Virus record (IMG/VR): IMGVR_UViG_3300029828_000006
Coordinates: 27,904 to 91,903 of that record
DNA length: 64,000 bases
Strand: one strand, 5' to 3'
From: a virus
Lineage: Duplodnaviria > Heunggongvirae > Uroviricota > Caudoviricetes
Shown here: positions 29,567 to 39,267 of the stretch, in pieces
How the letters are laid out: each line of letters begins with the position of its first letter
Position numbering within the stretch: the first letter of the stretch is position 1
Position numbers and translations under genes: made by a program
Notes under the pieces: model-generated
Seen by the model: the letters and a program-made list of their open reading frames with translations, nothing else
Databases searched by the model: none
What the model was told of the DNA's origin: nothing

Positions 29567-31225
29567 TCAGCGCATCAGAATTGGCTTACCGACGATTCGG
29601 CGAGCTGTACCGGTCGGACAAACAGACCAGGACACTTCCCACAGATCGATGTCCTTTTGGACAACCTGAACAACATATGGATCTTCACCCTGGGACTTGT
29701 CACGTGGAGTAACCAGCGCACCGGCTGCAACGTAACGGTCAAGCAATTCAGTCATTGCTTTCATTAGCGTTTCTTTGGTAATGCCATCCGGTTCGTGCTT
29801 AATCGCCTGAGCTACTTCATAGAAATCTCTGGCGATGGCGTTCATCAAGGAAGACACATGCTGGAATCGCAGATAGTTGTTTTTGCTGTAAGTTGTTAAA
29901 GAGTCGTCAATGTAAACGGACCCGTCAGCAGCAACTGAAACTGGATTAATGCGCGCAAGAACGAACGCTTCACGATCAACTGCACCGATATTTGGAATTC
30001 GGGCAATGTTCTGTCGATCAATAATCGCGCGTGATATACCTGCCGGTGCGTAATGCCAACCACCAACATCCGGTACCAGCGCCACTCCTTTTGCTTTCGC
30101 TACGAATGCGTCGCAGCTAATGCCATAGACGACATTCATTCCAGTGAAAGTATCTCGGCAGGAGAGCGGGAAGTAGTAACGGCTTGGTTGATGTGAGCCG
30201 CCAAAACTATGGCTTTTCGCTTCTGAAATAGCGTTTTCAGGTGTCTGGTTGCCCTTCAGGTCATAGAACATGTCTACGCGAACATCTTCAGCCAGCTTTT
30301 TGATTGCGGCTAAGGCGGATGCGTCATAACAACCCAGTGACAGCAATGCGGTGTAATTAACCTCTGAAGCTTCGAGAACCTTTAATGCTTCCAGATAGTC
30401 TTCAGTGTCAATTTCGGACAGATCTCCATCAGTACCACCTTCAAAAGCCACATCCTCAAAAATGAGTTGAGCAGCGGATGCTTCTGCATTATCTGCCAGT
30501 ACGGCACCAATGCGAGTGGACTGGCTTTCAAGCAGTGTCGGAATCCATGCTGGTTGGCCCATGTCGTTAGTGCCTTCTGGATTGAAAGACACTTGGTGGC
30601 TTTCCAGCACCTCAATGGACCCATCGGTTTGTTTTTCTTTCAGCGTCAGCGTAAAGAGTTCGCTTTCTTCATCATCGCGAGTTAGTGATAACGTGCGATT
30701 TTGAGATGCATCACCATCTTTGATGAAGAATAATGCCTTCTCTTCACCTTTAATCTGGGGCGTCTCTTTGGGTGTGAAGGACACTGATTGAGTCGTTGCA
30801 GTTGAAGCAACACCAACGCTTAATGTGTCACCTGGATTTACTGTGGTTTCAGTAGGTTCAACGGAAAGTTCTTTGCTCGCCTTTGCCGCTTTTGCTTTGC
30901 CCACAACGGAAACAGAAATACCCGGCACCTTCATGTCTTTAGCGCAAACTCGAACGACATATCCAGAGCCGCCTTTTACTGCACGCTCCACGTGGCGATA
31001 TGGTTCAAATGCCGCGCCCTGGCGAGGGTGAATCGGTGAACCTAATACGCTTTGATAAGTCGTATCGTCAACTTTCAGTACCTTACCCGGTGCGCCACGA
31101 CGCGATATTACAAGCCCAGCAAAGACGGATGCGCCACCGCTGGTATTGGTGAGGGTAGCGTCAGCATTTACTGACATTACAGCAACGCCAGCTGCCTGCC
31201 CTACCGAAAAACTAATCTTATTCAT
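29567..31225 (-). CDS. contractile tail sheath protein
   Basis: 552 aa; N-terminal and C-terminal sequence patterns judged sheath-like. Confidence 0.55.
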   Translation of the reverse strand: MNKISFSVGQAAGVAVMSVNADATLTNTSGGASVFAGLVISRRGAPGKVLKVDDTTYQSVLGSPIHPRQGAAFEPYRHVERAVKGGSGYVVRVCAKDMKVPGISVSVVGKAKAAKASKELSVEPTETTVNPGDTLSVGVASTATTQSVSFTPKETPQIKGEEKALFFIKDGDASQNRTLSLTRDDEESELFTLTLKEKQTDGSIEVLESHQVSFNPEGTNDMGQPAWIPTLLESQSTRIGAVLADNAEASAAQLIFEDVAFEGGTDGDLSEIDTEDYLEALKVLEASEVNYTALLSLGCYDASALAAIKKLAEDVRVDMFYDLKGNQTPENAISEAKSHSFGGSHQPSRYYFPLSCRDTFTGMNVVYGISCDAFVAKAKGVALVPDVGGWHYAPAGISRAIIDRQNIARIPNIGAVDREAFVLARINPVSVAADGSVYIDDSLTTYSKNNYLRFQHVSSLMNAIARDFYEVAQAIKHEPDGITKETLMKAMTELLDRYVAAGALVTPRDKSQGEDPYVVQVVQKDIDLWEVSWSVCPTGTARRIVGKPILMR

Positions 31226-31292
31226 GCTGGTTCTTATCCTCTAAAGCGAGAGAACGAGGCAAGGCTACCCACGGTTAATGGGCAGCCTCTGA

Positions 31293-31571
31293 TCAGGATT
31301 CGCTTACCGTGAAGTTGTCGCCTACGGTTACTTCTTTCGTAGTTGGTTCAACACTGACGGCGCTTACGCTTTTAGGTGCCTCCCTAACAGTGACTGTGCA
31401 CTGTGCGGTTTTATTGCCGTCATTTGTTTTGATTGTCAGCACTGCCTGCCCGGCCTTAAGAGCGGTACATGTAGTGCCATCAACCTGGACAATTTCAGGG
31501 TGATCTGACTCAACAGTGAAAGATTTGTCTGTTGCGTCAGATGGCGTGATAGTTACTTGAATGTTTGCCAT
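31293..31571 (-). CDS. small Ig-like (BIG2-type) domain protein, decoration candidate
   Basis: 92 aa, all-beta pattern TVTVREAP... with Thr/Val-rich strands. Confidence 0.4.
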   Translation of the reverse strand: MANIQVTITPSDATDKSFTVESDHPEIVQVDGTTCTALKAGQAVLTIKTNDGNKTAQCTVTVREAPKSVSAVSVEPTTKEVTVGDNFTVSES

Positions 31572-31718
31572 TCTTTTCTCCTGAACGCCCCTTATTCAGG
31601 GGCGTGTTTTTGCCTTACTTCTGCTTTGTTTTTTTCTGTGCCTTTGAAGTGTTCGCGGCGATAGTTTCACCTTCATCTACGTCAAGTGACGTTGGTGATA
31701 CCGACACGTTCGCCACCA

Positions 31719-33416
31719 TCACTTTTTTTCGTTAACCTTGCCTGTCAGCATGTCGATAGCACCTTCTTTGGCACGAGTCAGACGCAGGCGGGTGAAGTAG
31801 TTTTCACCGTTGCGAGGATGTACTTCGTTGATGGCACTGCCCCAGAGAGTGGTACGGTTAACGAGAGACGGATTGGTTTCGTGCACGTAAGGGATTGCTG
31901 GGACTGCATCACCAGCAATCAGACCGGCTTTACCGATGCCTTCGCCACGCCCATAGAAGAAGATGTCATCCAGCCCGAAGTCATATCCCTGTGCCTGGAA
32001 TTGCTCACAGACAGGTTGCGGCACTTCGTAAATACGAATCGTGCCAAACAGGGTGCCGATGTACTGTACATACGGCGACTGAACGTAACCTGGTGCGATC
32101 TGGAAGTGCTGTGGAGGCAGAGAGCGCAGGAAGTTCGCGGCGTCACCACCAGCAAAGCCGCCACGAATACCCGTTGTCAGGGTACGATTTGCCATTTCTT
32201 GAGACAGAGCGTTTACTACGTGACGCAGGAGGCCGACCCAGGACTCATAGTTTTGAGCTTCCGGCAGAGCCACATCAAATTCACGACCATAAACGGTATG
32301 GAATACTAGGGTGCGCAGACGCATGATGTCAGTCTCATGGGAGATCCAGTTACGCATCGCGGAGAACTGAAGTGCCGCTAATTCAAGGCCGTGCTCACGG
32401 CTTAAATCGGATGCGGACATTACCGTGTGTTCGGATGCAATTACGTACTGGGACGGACGAACTTCGTACTTACGCATAGCCTGGTTGATCACCGGAATCA
32501 GGCTTGGATTGCGCTCGATGTTAATTTCGACCTGAACAGCAATTTCAGTACCTTCTGGCGGAGCCTGGGTAAATGTAATGTCAATGACACCAGTGTCATA
32601 GGCAACTTTGGCAGTCGCTGAGAAAGCATTACCTTTGCTGTCTTTAGCATTGAAATAAAGGTTGCCATCGCCGTCGTCAACTTTGGACGGTTTGCGGTTG
32701 ATCAGCAGTTTGTTATAACCAGCGCGAAGCGGGCAGGATTGTCCCTCAAAATTTTGGATGTCGAACTGGAAGGTTTTGGTGCTGCCATCCCCTTTAGTGG
32801 AAAGGGTATACAGGCGCTTCATTTGAGAATAAACACCAGCTGACTGCATATTCAGTTCGTCACCTTGTTTGAAGGTGCCGAATTTTGTGCCTGCTACGTT
32901 GACCAGTTCATAAATATTTGACTCGTCACGATCACAAGGAACAAAAGTACAGGCATCACTGGTAGCAGCGCCCAGAGAGGCAGGCAGAATTAGAGCAGCA
33001 TATTGAGCAACTTTCATTACGCCGTCAGAGCTACGCATTGATTGCGCGACAGACTCAAACATCGCCTTACCCGTGCCTTCATGGGTATCACTGGCACATT
33101 CAGTCATCAGGCGTTCAAGAGCCATGTGTGCGTTCGCCAGGATGTCACTTGCCGGGTAATGACCATGTTGACGTTTATACTCATGCAGAGACATAGCCCA
33201 CCCACCAGTGATCTGACGAGCGACCTCTGGATTTACGCCTTCAAACATAGGCACTTTCTGGATTGCTTTATCCAGGTTTTCCATCATTACTGCCTGGTCA
33301 GCAATCATGTTGCCTGCTGCATCGGTGGTCGGATCGACGGTCATAGCCATGACGCTTGCCGCCCGATTCATAATCTCGCGCTCGCGATCACGAGCTGGCT
33401 GAATGTTTTTATTCAC
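31719..33416 (-). CDS. major capsid protein candidate (~62 kDa precursor)
   Basis: 565 aa, first gene of late operon adjacent to sheath; GTG start with SD AGGG; size fits P1 gp23 precursor (from memory). Confidence 0.4.
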   Translation of the reverse strand: MNKNIQPARDREREIMNRAASVMAMTVDPTTDAAGNMIADQAVMMENLDKAIQKVPMFEGVNPEVARQITGGWAMSLHEYKRQHGHYPASDILANAHMALERLMTECASDTHEGTGKAMFESVAQSMRSSDGVMKVAQYAALILPASLGAATSDACTFVPCDRDESNIYELVNVAGTKFGTFKQGDELNMQSAGVYSQMKRLYTLSTKGDGSTKTFQFDIQNFEGQSCPLRAGYNKLLINRKPSKVDDGDGNLYFNAKDSKGNAFSATAKVAYDTGVIDITFTQAPPEGTEIAVQVEINIERNPSLIPVINQAMRKYEVRPSQYVIASEHTVMSASDLSREHGLELAALQFSAMRNWISHETDIMRLRTLVFHTVYGREFDVALPEAQNYESWVGLLRHVVNALSQEMANRTLTTGIRGGFAGGDAANFLRSLPPQHFQIAPGYVQSPYVQYIGTLFGTIRIYEVPQPVCEQFQAQGYDFGLDDIFFYGRGEGIGKAGLIAGDAVPAIPYVHETNPSLVNRTTLWGSAINEVHPRNGENYFTRLRLTRAKEGAIDMLTGKVNEKK

Positions 33417-33549
33417 GGTTAAGCCCTAAATTCGGGCGCGGCGTGAAGGTTCTTTTGACGGGCTAACAATACCTACTTTGTGATTTAGTCAATAGGTTTA
33501 GTAAAATAAAATATATTAACACGCATGTTGTTATGTGATTTAATTTTAG

Positions 33550-33563
33550 TTTTCTAACACAAA
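33550..33563. promoter_or_regulatory. operator-like motif TTTTCTAACACAAA 12 nt upstream of ATG 33575
   Basis: Same motif family as the other operator-like sites. Confidence 0.45.
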
Positions 33564-33574
33564 TTATTAGAGTT

Positions 33575-33967
33575 ATGGCGTATCGAATCTTTGTTTCGTA
33601 TAAAAATGGCGCTAAGAGCCACTCTCTGAACACAACAAGTCGCTTTCTTGTTGAGGCGCAGTTGGCATCAATTCTTGCTGAAAGTGAGATACTCTCGCTC
33701 GCTGAACGGATCGTTATCCAGTTTTCTGGTAGAGATATACTCAATGTCCCCGCCCTCACCCCGGCATCCGAAGTTATGGAATCAATTAAATGGCCTGTAT
33801 GCGGATGTCCTGCCAGGGTTGAAGAGCCGGTAACTGCAACGCTCTACATGCCGAAAGCTGTAAGAGATTGGCTTGCTATGGTTGGCAATGGGAAAGTCAG
33901 TGCTGGACTTCGCAAGTTAATTGAAATGGCAGATATTCCTGAGTTAAAAAATGCATGGCGACAATGA
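33575..33967 (+). CDS. hypothetical early protein
   Basis: 130 aa, operator-controlled position. Confidence 0.35.
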   Translation: MAYRIFVSYKNGAKSHSLNTTSRFLVEAQLASILAESEILSLAERIVIQFSGRDILNVPALTPASEVMESIKWPVCGCPARVEEPVTATLYMPKAVRDWLAMVGNGKVSAGLRKLIEMADIPELKNAWRQ

Positions 33968-33983
33968 GTAAACAAGGGACAAA

Positions 33984-34442
33984 ATGAGTCACGTTAACCC
34001 ATCAAAAACACAATATCGCTTAATGCTGGCGATCGCGTCAGCTATACCAACCAGCCTGAATCCCCCGACAGGCTATCCCGCTGTTGTTGATGATTGTTTT
34101 CAGTATTACGGAGAAGACATCCTGAGCCAGTCAAAAGCGCTCAAGCAGTTATGTAAGGCAGGTATTCTTCACTGTATCGGAGATCCGGACGATTTTGTTG
34201 TTATGCTGGCGGATCGTGACTCTTTTCTACTGTCCTGGAAAGCTGGTGCGCGCGAAGCACGTTTGGGGAATGGTATTGGTTACATAGACTATAGCGATTG
34301 TCCGCTGGCATTTGCTGGTGGATATATGCATTGGCATGAGCGAAATAGGGGCCGTCAGCGTCAGTATCGTTTGAGTGACTTTAACGTCTGTCACGGTTTC
34401 GAAGAAGCTGACAGCCAGGACATCTGGCTTCAGGAGCCTTGA
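33984..34442 (+). CDS. hypothetical early protein
   Basis: 152 aa. Confidence 0.35.
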   Translation: MSHVNPSKTQYRLMLAIASAIPTSLNPPTGYPAVVDDCFQYYGEDILSQSKALKQLCKAGILHCIGDPDDFVVMLADRDSFLLSWKAGAREARLGNGIGYIDYSDCPLAFAGGYMHWHERNRGRQRQYRLSDFNVCHGFEEADSQDIWLQEP

Positions 34443-34762
34443 TCCCCCTTCCCTTCCCAAATCTCCCTGTTTCTTTGGTTATTCAGTGCGTTTCGTTGGT
34501 TGCATTCGTCGATCGTGCTGAATAACTGTTCAGCGTATGTCGGATACTTGTTTAACAGCACTGGCGTGTCTTCTGGCACTAAACAAGGGGAGTAATCAAT
34601 CAGATTTGCCTGCGGCCTGCTGGTGGCTTCTACGGTAATTTTCACTGGCACGCTGGTTGATGGCTTTTGCCCGTTCCCGCTGCATCCTGATAACGTCATC
34701 AGGCACACGCACATCGTTAATCCCAGCACGGCGTAACGCATTTTCAAGGCGAGTGATTTCAT
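34430..34762 (-). CDS. outer-membrane lipoprotein, o-spanin (Rz1-like), overlapping the i-spanin gene
   Basis: Signal peptide plus lipobox LSGC; ORF overlaps the 3' end of the 34596..35069 gene in another frame. Confidence 0.55.
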   Translation of the reverse strand: MKSLALKMRYAVLGLTMCVCLMTLSGCSGNGQKPSTSVPVKITVEATSRPQANLIDYSPCLVPEDTPVLLNKYPTYAEQLFSTIDECNQRNALNNQRNREIWEGKGDQGS

Positions 34763-35069
34763 TCTGGCTTTCCTCCCGTTGTTTGATTAGGTTGGCATTC
34801 AGTTCTGCTGTTTTGCGCTGGTACTCCTTTTCCAGTGCTTTAATTCTTTCGTTTTCGGACAGCATGGCTGAGCGAGCGTTCTCACTTAACTGTAATGCGG
34901 TAGAAAGCGTGTTGTTCGTGCTTTCCAGTTGTGATTTTGAGTCTTCAAGCGATCGGACATACCTGATGTGTTCGATAACTGCCGTCGTTGTTCGGTAAAT
35001 TCCAGAAATGGCTAAAAGCGCAATTACAATCAAAATTATCTTTTTCAAAACCATCCTCTTTAGGTTCAT
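34596..35069 (-). CDS. i-spanin (Rz-like): N-terminal TM anchor plus periplasmic coiled coil
   Basis: 157 aa, TM IILIVIALLAISGIY, then heptad-rich segment. Confidence 0.55.
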   Translation of the reverse strand: MNLKRMVLKKIILIVIALLAISGIYRTTTAVIEHIRYVRSLEDSKSQLESTNNTLSTALQLSENARSAMLSENERIKALEKEYQRKTAELNANLIKQREESQNEITRLENALRRAGINDVRVPDDVIRMQRERAKAINQRASENYRRSHQQAAGKSD

Positions 35070-35124
35070 CTTTGGTGTTAAACATGTACCAATTCACATC
35101 CTTTTGTGTTCCTAAGTGGTGTTG

Positions 35125-35931
35125 CTATTGTTCCTTTTTGGTGTTCTTTTGGAGCGCATCGATAACGCCTTGTGGCATGATTAAACTGATTGCCGGACTC
35201 ATTACTGCATCATCCAGTAGAGAACCAGTTAACGTGATGGCGACAGCGTTCTCTAAACCTTTGGTTGCCTGAGTGGTTGACGTTTTAATGCGACCTGTAA
35301 GGGTTACGACACTCTCACTTGCTGAGTTAATTTCGGAGAGTAAAACTTCGGCGGCTGCCACTGCTTCCCGTAAAGCATCAATTTCATCCTGAGTAATGAC
35401 TGGAGCCTGAGCGCCCCCAGCACCACCCTGTCCACCATTGCTATCACCACCACCAGCACTTCCGGCAGCTTCTATTTTTGCGTTAATGGCGTTCATGGCG
35501 GTTTTCAGAGCATCAAGTTTTAGCGCCGCCAATGCGTCCGTTAATGAATGCGGTATGGAAACATTACCCATCCCCTCCACGAGAGCGAATGCTGGCGTGG
35601 GTGCCAGTTCATTACCTTTTGCGTGGCATTCCCAGCCAATCTTCATCTGTAACAGCTCTGATGGCTTGGTGTATGGGGAAAGAGAATCAGCCAGTAATGA
35701 AGACGCTTTGCTGGCCTCATTGAGCTGTTCAGAAAAGCCAAGCAATTGAGTAGTCCAGGCCGAAACAGAATCAGGATAGGCTTTATCGGCGTGAACTATT
35801 CCCTGTATGGCGCTGGCGAGCGATGAGGCTTTTACAGAAGCTGCCCGGCTTATGGTTATAGATTCTGGTGTAGAGATACCGGCATCTGACAGAATTTTGA
35901 AGGCTTTAACTTCACCTATTGAATCAAGCAT
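35125..35931 (-). CDS. hypothetical protein with Gly-rich linker
   Basis: Likely start MLDSIG at 35931 (ATGA overlap with PAAR-like gene); AGSAGGGDSNGGQGGAGGA linker. Confidence 0.3.
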   Translation of the reverse strand: MLDSIGEVKAFKILSDAGISTPESITISRAASVKASSLASAIQGIVHADKAYPDSVSAWTTQLLGFSEQLNEASKASSLLADSLSPYTKPSELLQMKIGWECHAKGNELAPTPAFALVEGMGNVSIPHSLTDALAALKLDALKTAMNAINAKIEAAGSAGGGDSNGGQGGAGGAQAPVITQDEIDALREAVAAAEVLLSEINSASESVVTLTGRIKTSTTQATKGLENAVAITLTGSLLDDAVMSPAISLIMPQGVIDALQKNTKKEQ

Positions 35932-36215
35932 TATGCAACCTGAAAAATATCCTCGCCGTTGGCGATAACAGAACCACAAGAAAGCGGATCGCCTACACAG
36001 ACAACTCCCTTTCCACCTATCGAAAACCATACTCGCGTCGATACAGCTGCCCCTGGATGTGCACTGTTACCGTCAGTGTGACTGGGAAACATGGCACCAT
36101 CTACAACAATTGGCTTACCGTTAACGGTGAACCAGGGAACAGTTTCAGCTACCAGTCGCGGCGGAAATCCTCCGTGACCAGAACAAAGGGTGTCGCTGGT
36201 GGCTATTGCGCTCAT
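35931..36215 (-). CDS. PAAR-like spike-tip protein
   Basis: 94 aa, Cys/His/Gly-rich PAAR-type pattern (CSGHGG...VNGKPIVVDGAM...CVGDPLSCGSVIANG). Confidence 0.5.
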   Translation of the reverse strand: MSAIATSDTLCSGHGGFPPRLVAETVPWFTVNGKPIVVDGAMFPSHTDGNSAHPGAAVSTRVWFSIGGKGVVCVGDPLSCGSVIANGEDIFQVA

Positions 36216-36239
36216 TCTTCACCTCCTGGTTATCCTCCT

Positions 36240-36457
36240 ATTGTCATCACTTTGTTATTTCGTCATTCAAACTGAGAGTTAAATTTCGGAATATTTTTGT
36301 ATTCTCAATTCATTCTCAAATAAATCTCACTGTCAGACCATCATTCATTGGGTGATTAAGATATTCTCAAAGTGAACTCAATAATCACTCTTTTTTATCT
36401 CTTTTGGTGTGGATTTTTGGGTGCTTCTCTTTTAAAATTGCATTTTGATTCTCAAAT
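36240..36457. repeat. parC-like centromere with repeated ATTCTCAA units upstream of parM
   Basis: Units at ~36310, 36323, 36370, 36447 in AT-rich region. Confidence 0.5.
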
Positions 36458-36481
36458 GTGTCTCAGAAGTGGAGCAAGAAG

Positions 36482-37438
36482 ATGCGCATTTTTATCGATG
36501 ATGGTTCAACCAATATCAAAATGCTGTGGGAGCACGACGGGGAAACTCGCACTCACATCAGCCCTAACAGCTTTAAGCGCGGATGGTCAGCAACATTTGG
36601 TGCGGGCAAGCCGTTTAACTATGTCATTGACGACGAAAAGTATTCGTATGATTTGATCTCGCCAGATGTTCTGCCGACGAATAACGTGGAATGGCAATAC
36701 AGCCCGCTTAACGTCCTGGCTGTTCACCATGCCCTGCTGACAAGTGGCATTGAGCCGCAGGAAGTAGAAATTGTGGTCACGCTGCCTCTGGCGGAGTTTT
36801 ACGACGACGACGCGCAATACAATCTCGATAACATCGAGCGCAAGAAAGCCAGCCTTATGCGCCCCGTCACGCTGAATAAAGGCAATGTGTTCACGATTAA
36901 GAAAGTTACGGTACGCCCGGAGTCTATTCCGGCAGGAATTGGCCTGTGCGACAATCTGAACCCTGCCCATTCTGTTCTTATCGTCGATTTGGGTGGAACT
37001 ACCCTTGATGTTTCAATGGTCGCCGGGCAAATGACGGCAGTTTCCCGTGTTTTTGGCGATTCGAATCTTGGCGTCTCTCTGGTTACCAGGGAAGTAAGGC
37101 AAGCACTTGCCAGAGCCAATACCGAAACGTCAAATTACAATGTCGATCAGCTCATTATTAACCGCCACGATGAAGATTATCTGAACGACAATATCAATGA
37201 CCCATCAGCGATTGGTGATGTGAAAAAGGCCATTGCCGCAAGCATTGATCGTCTGCGTACCCGCGTTCTTGATGTGATTGGCGACTTTAAAGGATATACG
37301 CATGTCATGGTGATCGGTGGTGGCGCACCGCTGGTGGCAGATGCAATTCGCGAGCAAGTTAATATTCGTGATGACCGTTTCTTCGTGGCGGATGACCCGC
37401 AACTTGCTCTTGTTCATGGCCTGAAAGCAATCGGTTAA
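36482..37438 (+). CDS. parM: actin-like plasmid segregation ATPase ParM/StbA
   Basis: MRIFIDDGSTNIK...ISPNSFKR...WQYS..NV.AVHHALLTSG...DLGGTTLD...GYTHVMVIGGGA matches R1 ParM recalled from memory; SD GGAG before ATG 36482. Confidence 0.85.
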   Translation: MRIFIDDGSTNIKMLWEHDGETRTHISPNSFKRGWSATFGAGKPFNYVIDDEKYSYDLISPDVLPTNNVEWQYSPLNVLAVHHALLTSGIEPQEVEIVVTLPLAEFYDDDAQYNLDNIERKKASLMRPVTLNKGNVFTIKKVTVRPESIPAGIGLCDNLNPAHSVLIVDLGGTTLDVSMVAGQMTAVSRVFGDSNLGVSLVTREVRQALARANTETSNYNVDQLIINRHDEDYLNDNINDPSAIGDVKKAIAASIDRLRTRVLDVIGDFKGYTHVMVIGGGAPLVADAIREQVNIRDDRFFVADDPQLALVHGLKAIG

Positions 37439-37445
37439 CGAGGTA

Positions 37446-37790
37446 ATGTCCATGTCTCAGGAACGTAAGAAAGTGATGATTTATCTTCGCCCAGAGGCTT
37501 ATGCCAATGAAAAGGCGGCGAGCGAGAAGATAAAAAAACATAGCGATATGGCAAGAACCGCATTGTTGGCAGGGCTTGCGCTGGGAGAAGTCGATAGCAG
37601 GCTTCCAGGATTACTGGCTTCCCTGCTGACCGAAGATAATAATCCGGAGCTGATCCGAAAAATGCTGGCATCCTTCCTGGAACTACCAGCTGCGGTTGAG
37701 GAGCGCCCTGCCTCCATTGAGCCAGTGAAGGAGCAAGTTGTTGCCAAAAGCGCGTCGGCGCGCAATCTGGCTGACTCTCTACCTGATTGA
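37446..37790 (+). CDS. parR: ParR/StbB-like partition adaptor
   Basis: 114 aa immediately after parM; RTALLAGLALG motif. Confidence 0.6.
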   Translation: MSMSQERKKVMIYLRPEAYANEKAASEKIKKHSDMARTALLAGLALGEVDSRLPGLLASLLTEDNNPELIRKMLASFLELPAAVEERPASIEPVKEQVVAKSASARNLADSLPD

Positions 37791-37808
37791 CAGAAGATGT
37801 GCTGGTTT

Positions 37809-37835
37809 AAGGCTGCAAATTGCAGCCTTTTTTAT
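37809..37835. terminator. rho-independent terminator after parR
   Basis: aaggctgcaaattgcagcctttttt. Confidence 0.6.
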
Positions 37836-37843
37836 GCCTTAAT

Positions 37844-37917
37844 GGTGCCTAATTGGTGTTAATCTGGCACCAGTTAGGTGCTGTTATGGTGCAGTTTTGT
37901 ATCTGGTTCCAATTTGG
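37844..37917. repeat. centromere-like GGTGC(A)CC repeat cluster upstream of parA
   Basis: ggtgcctaattggtg / tggcaccagttaggtgc / ggtgcag / ggttccaatttgg. Confidence 0.45.
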
Positions 37918-38077
37918 GGCTGATTTCGTGTTAAATAGGATGCAATATAAGGTGTATTTGGTCTGATTGATGTTATACTTTGCCAAACATTCATGACTCC
38001 ATTATAGAGCCTGTCCCGCATCAAAAAGGCTCTTATCTGGAACCGTTTTGATACCAAAATCACACCGAGGAACGGAT

Positions 38078-38719
38078 ATGATTATATTGGTAGTCAGCCA
38101 AAAAGGTGGCTGTGGAAAATCAACCACAAGCGTAAACATCTGTGCGGAGCTTGCCCGCGCAAATAAGGATGTAGTGTTACTAGATGCAGACAAGCAAGGA
38201 ACAGCTGCCCGCTGGGCAGCTGACCGTAACACGGCAGAGGTTTCTCCTGTTATTCATTGTGTCCAGAAGTTTGGTAATATTCGAGAAACACTTCTCGATC
38301 TGGATAAGCGTTATGAATTTGTAGTTGTTGATACAGCCGGGCGCGATAGCAAAGAGATGCGTACAGGCATAACCGCTGCAGATATTGTGTTGGTCCCATT
38401 CAGACCATCTCAACCAGATTTAGACACGCTGGCACACTTTGTTGAAGTGTTTGAAGAGGCTTTGGACCTGATGCCTAATCCTAGCATTAAGGCGTTCGCA
38501 GTCTTAACAATGGCCCCATCCAATCCGGTTGTGAATGAAACCAATGAGGCCAAAGAGTACCTGGCTGAATATCCGCAACTGAAGTTGCTGAAAACCATCA
38601 TTCGTGATCGTAAGGTTTACCGCGATTGCATGGCTGAAGGGAAGGGCGTTGTTGAGATGGACAACGGGAAAGCTAAAGGTGAAATCCAGATGTTGGTTAA
38701 GGAGTTATTAAGTGATTAA
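38078..38719 (+). CDS. parA: ParA/Soj-family partition ATPase (small type Ib)
   Basis: Walker A VVSQKGGCGKST; ATG 38078 with SD GAGGA preferred over track TTG 38048. Confidence 0.85.
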   Translation: MIILVVSQKGGCGKSTTSVNICAELARANKDVVLLDADKQGTAARWAADRNTAEVSPVIHCVQKFGNIRETLLDLDKRYEFVVVDTAGRDSKEMRTGITAADIVLVPFRPSQPDLDTLAHFVEVFEEALDLMPNPSIKAFAVLTMAPSNPVVNETNEAKEYLAEYPQLKLLKTIIRDRKVYRDCMAEGKGVVEMDNGKAKGEIQMLVKELLSD

Positions 38720-38999
38720 GCCTCGTAAATCGGTAAAAGCCCCCGAAGTAAAAGACCCCGATCTTGAACGCCGAATTGAGGATTTTGCCAGTAAGGCTGA
38801 TTTGGTGCCAGGTGAGCAACCAGAAGACAACAAAGTGCTCGATAAGGACGCTCCACGTGATTTTAAATCTATTCGTGTTGGTTTCAATGAATACGAGTAC
38901 CAGGTACTTGATGCGTTAAGTAAAAAGCATAATCGCAGCAAATTGAATATGATCCGCCATGCTATCCTCATGTTAGCGGAGTCTGAGGAAGCAAAATAA
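38712..38999 (+). CDS. ParG-like small partition protein
   Basis: 95 aa, GTG start overlapping parA stop; C-terminal RHH-like segment. Confidence 0.5.
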   Translation: MIKPRKSVKAPEVKDPDLERRIEDFASKADLVPGEQPEDNKVLDKDAPRDFKSIRVGFNEYEYQVLDALSKKHNRSKLNMIRHAILMLAESEEAK

Positions 39000-39039
39000 A
39001 GTCTTTCAGGTTGGTTTTAGAACTTAAAAAGTCTTGAAC

Positions 39040-39110
39040 CAAAGGTGCACCAATACACCACTAATTTGGTGCACCTTTACATCCTTTTTGGTTCCAATTG
39101 TGTACCATTT
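39040..39110. repeat. palindromic centromere-like repeat downstream of parG (GGTGCACCAA / TTGGTGCACC)
   Basis: Inverted repeat 39044-39076 plus ggttccaattg at 39090. Confidence 0.45.
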
Positions 39111-39267
39111 GTCATTAATTTACTTATGCGCAAAAGTGGGCTTCATGAAAAAGCTCATTATTGAAATAACGATAGAAAGCAATTTCTAATCAACTAGTGG
39201 TTGTCAGCCTATTCGGCTTATAAGATCATACGCTGTTATACGTAGTTTACGCTTTGAGGAATCCACA

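Noticed and set aside
36372-36656. Track ORF 36372..36656 + spanning the parC repeats into parM
   Set aside because: It overlaps the centromere repeats and is out of frame with the well-supported parM; no RBS.
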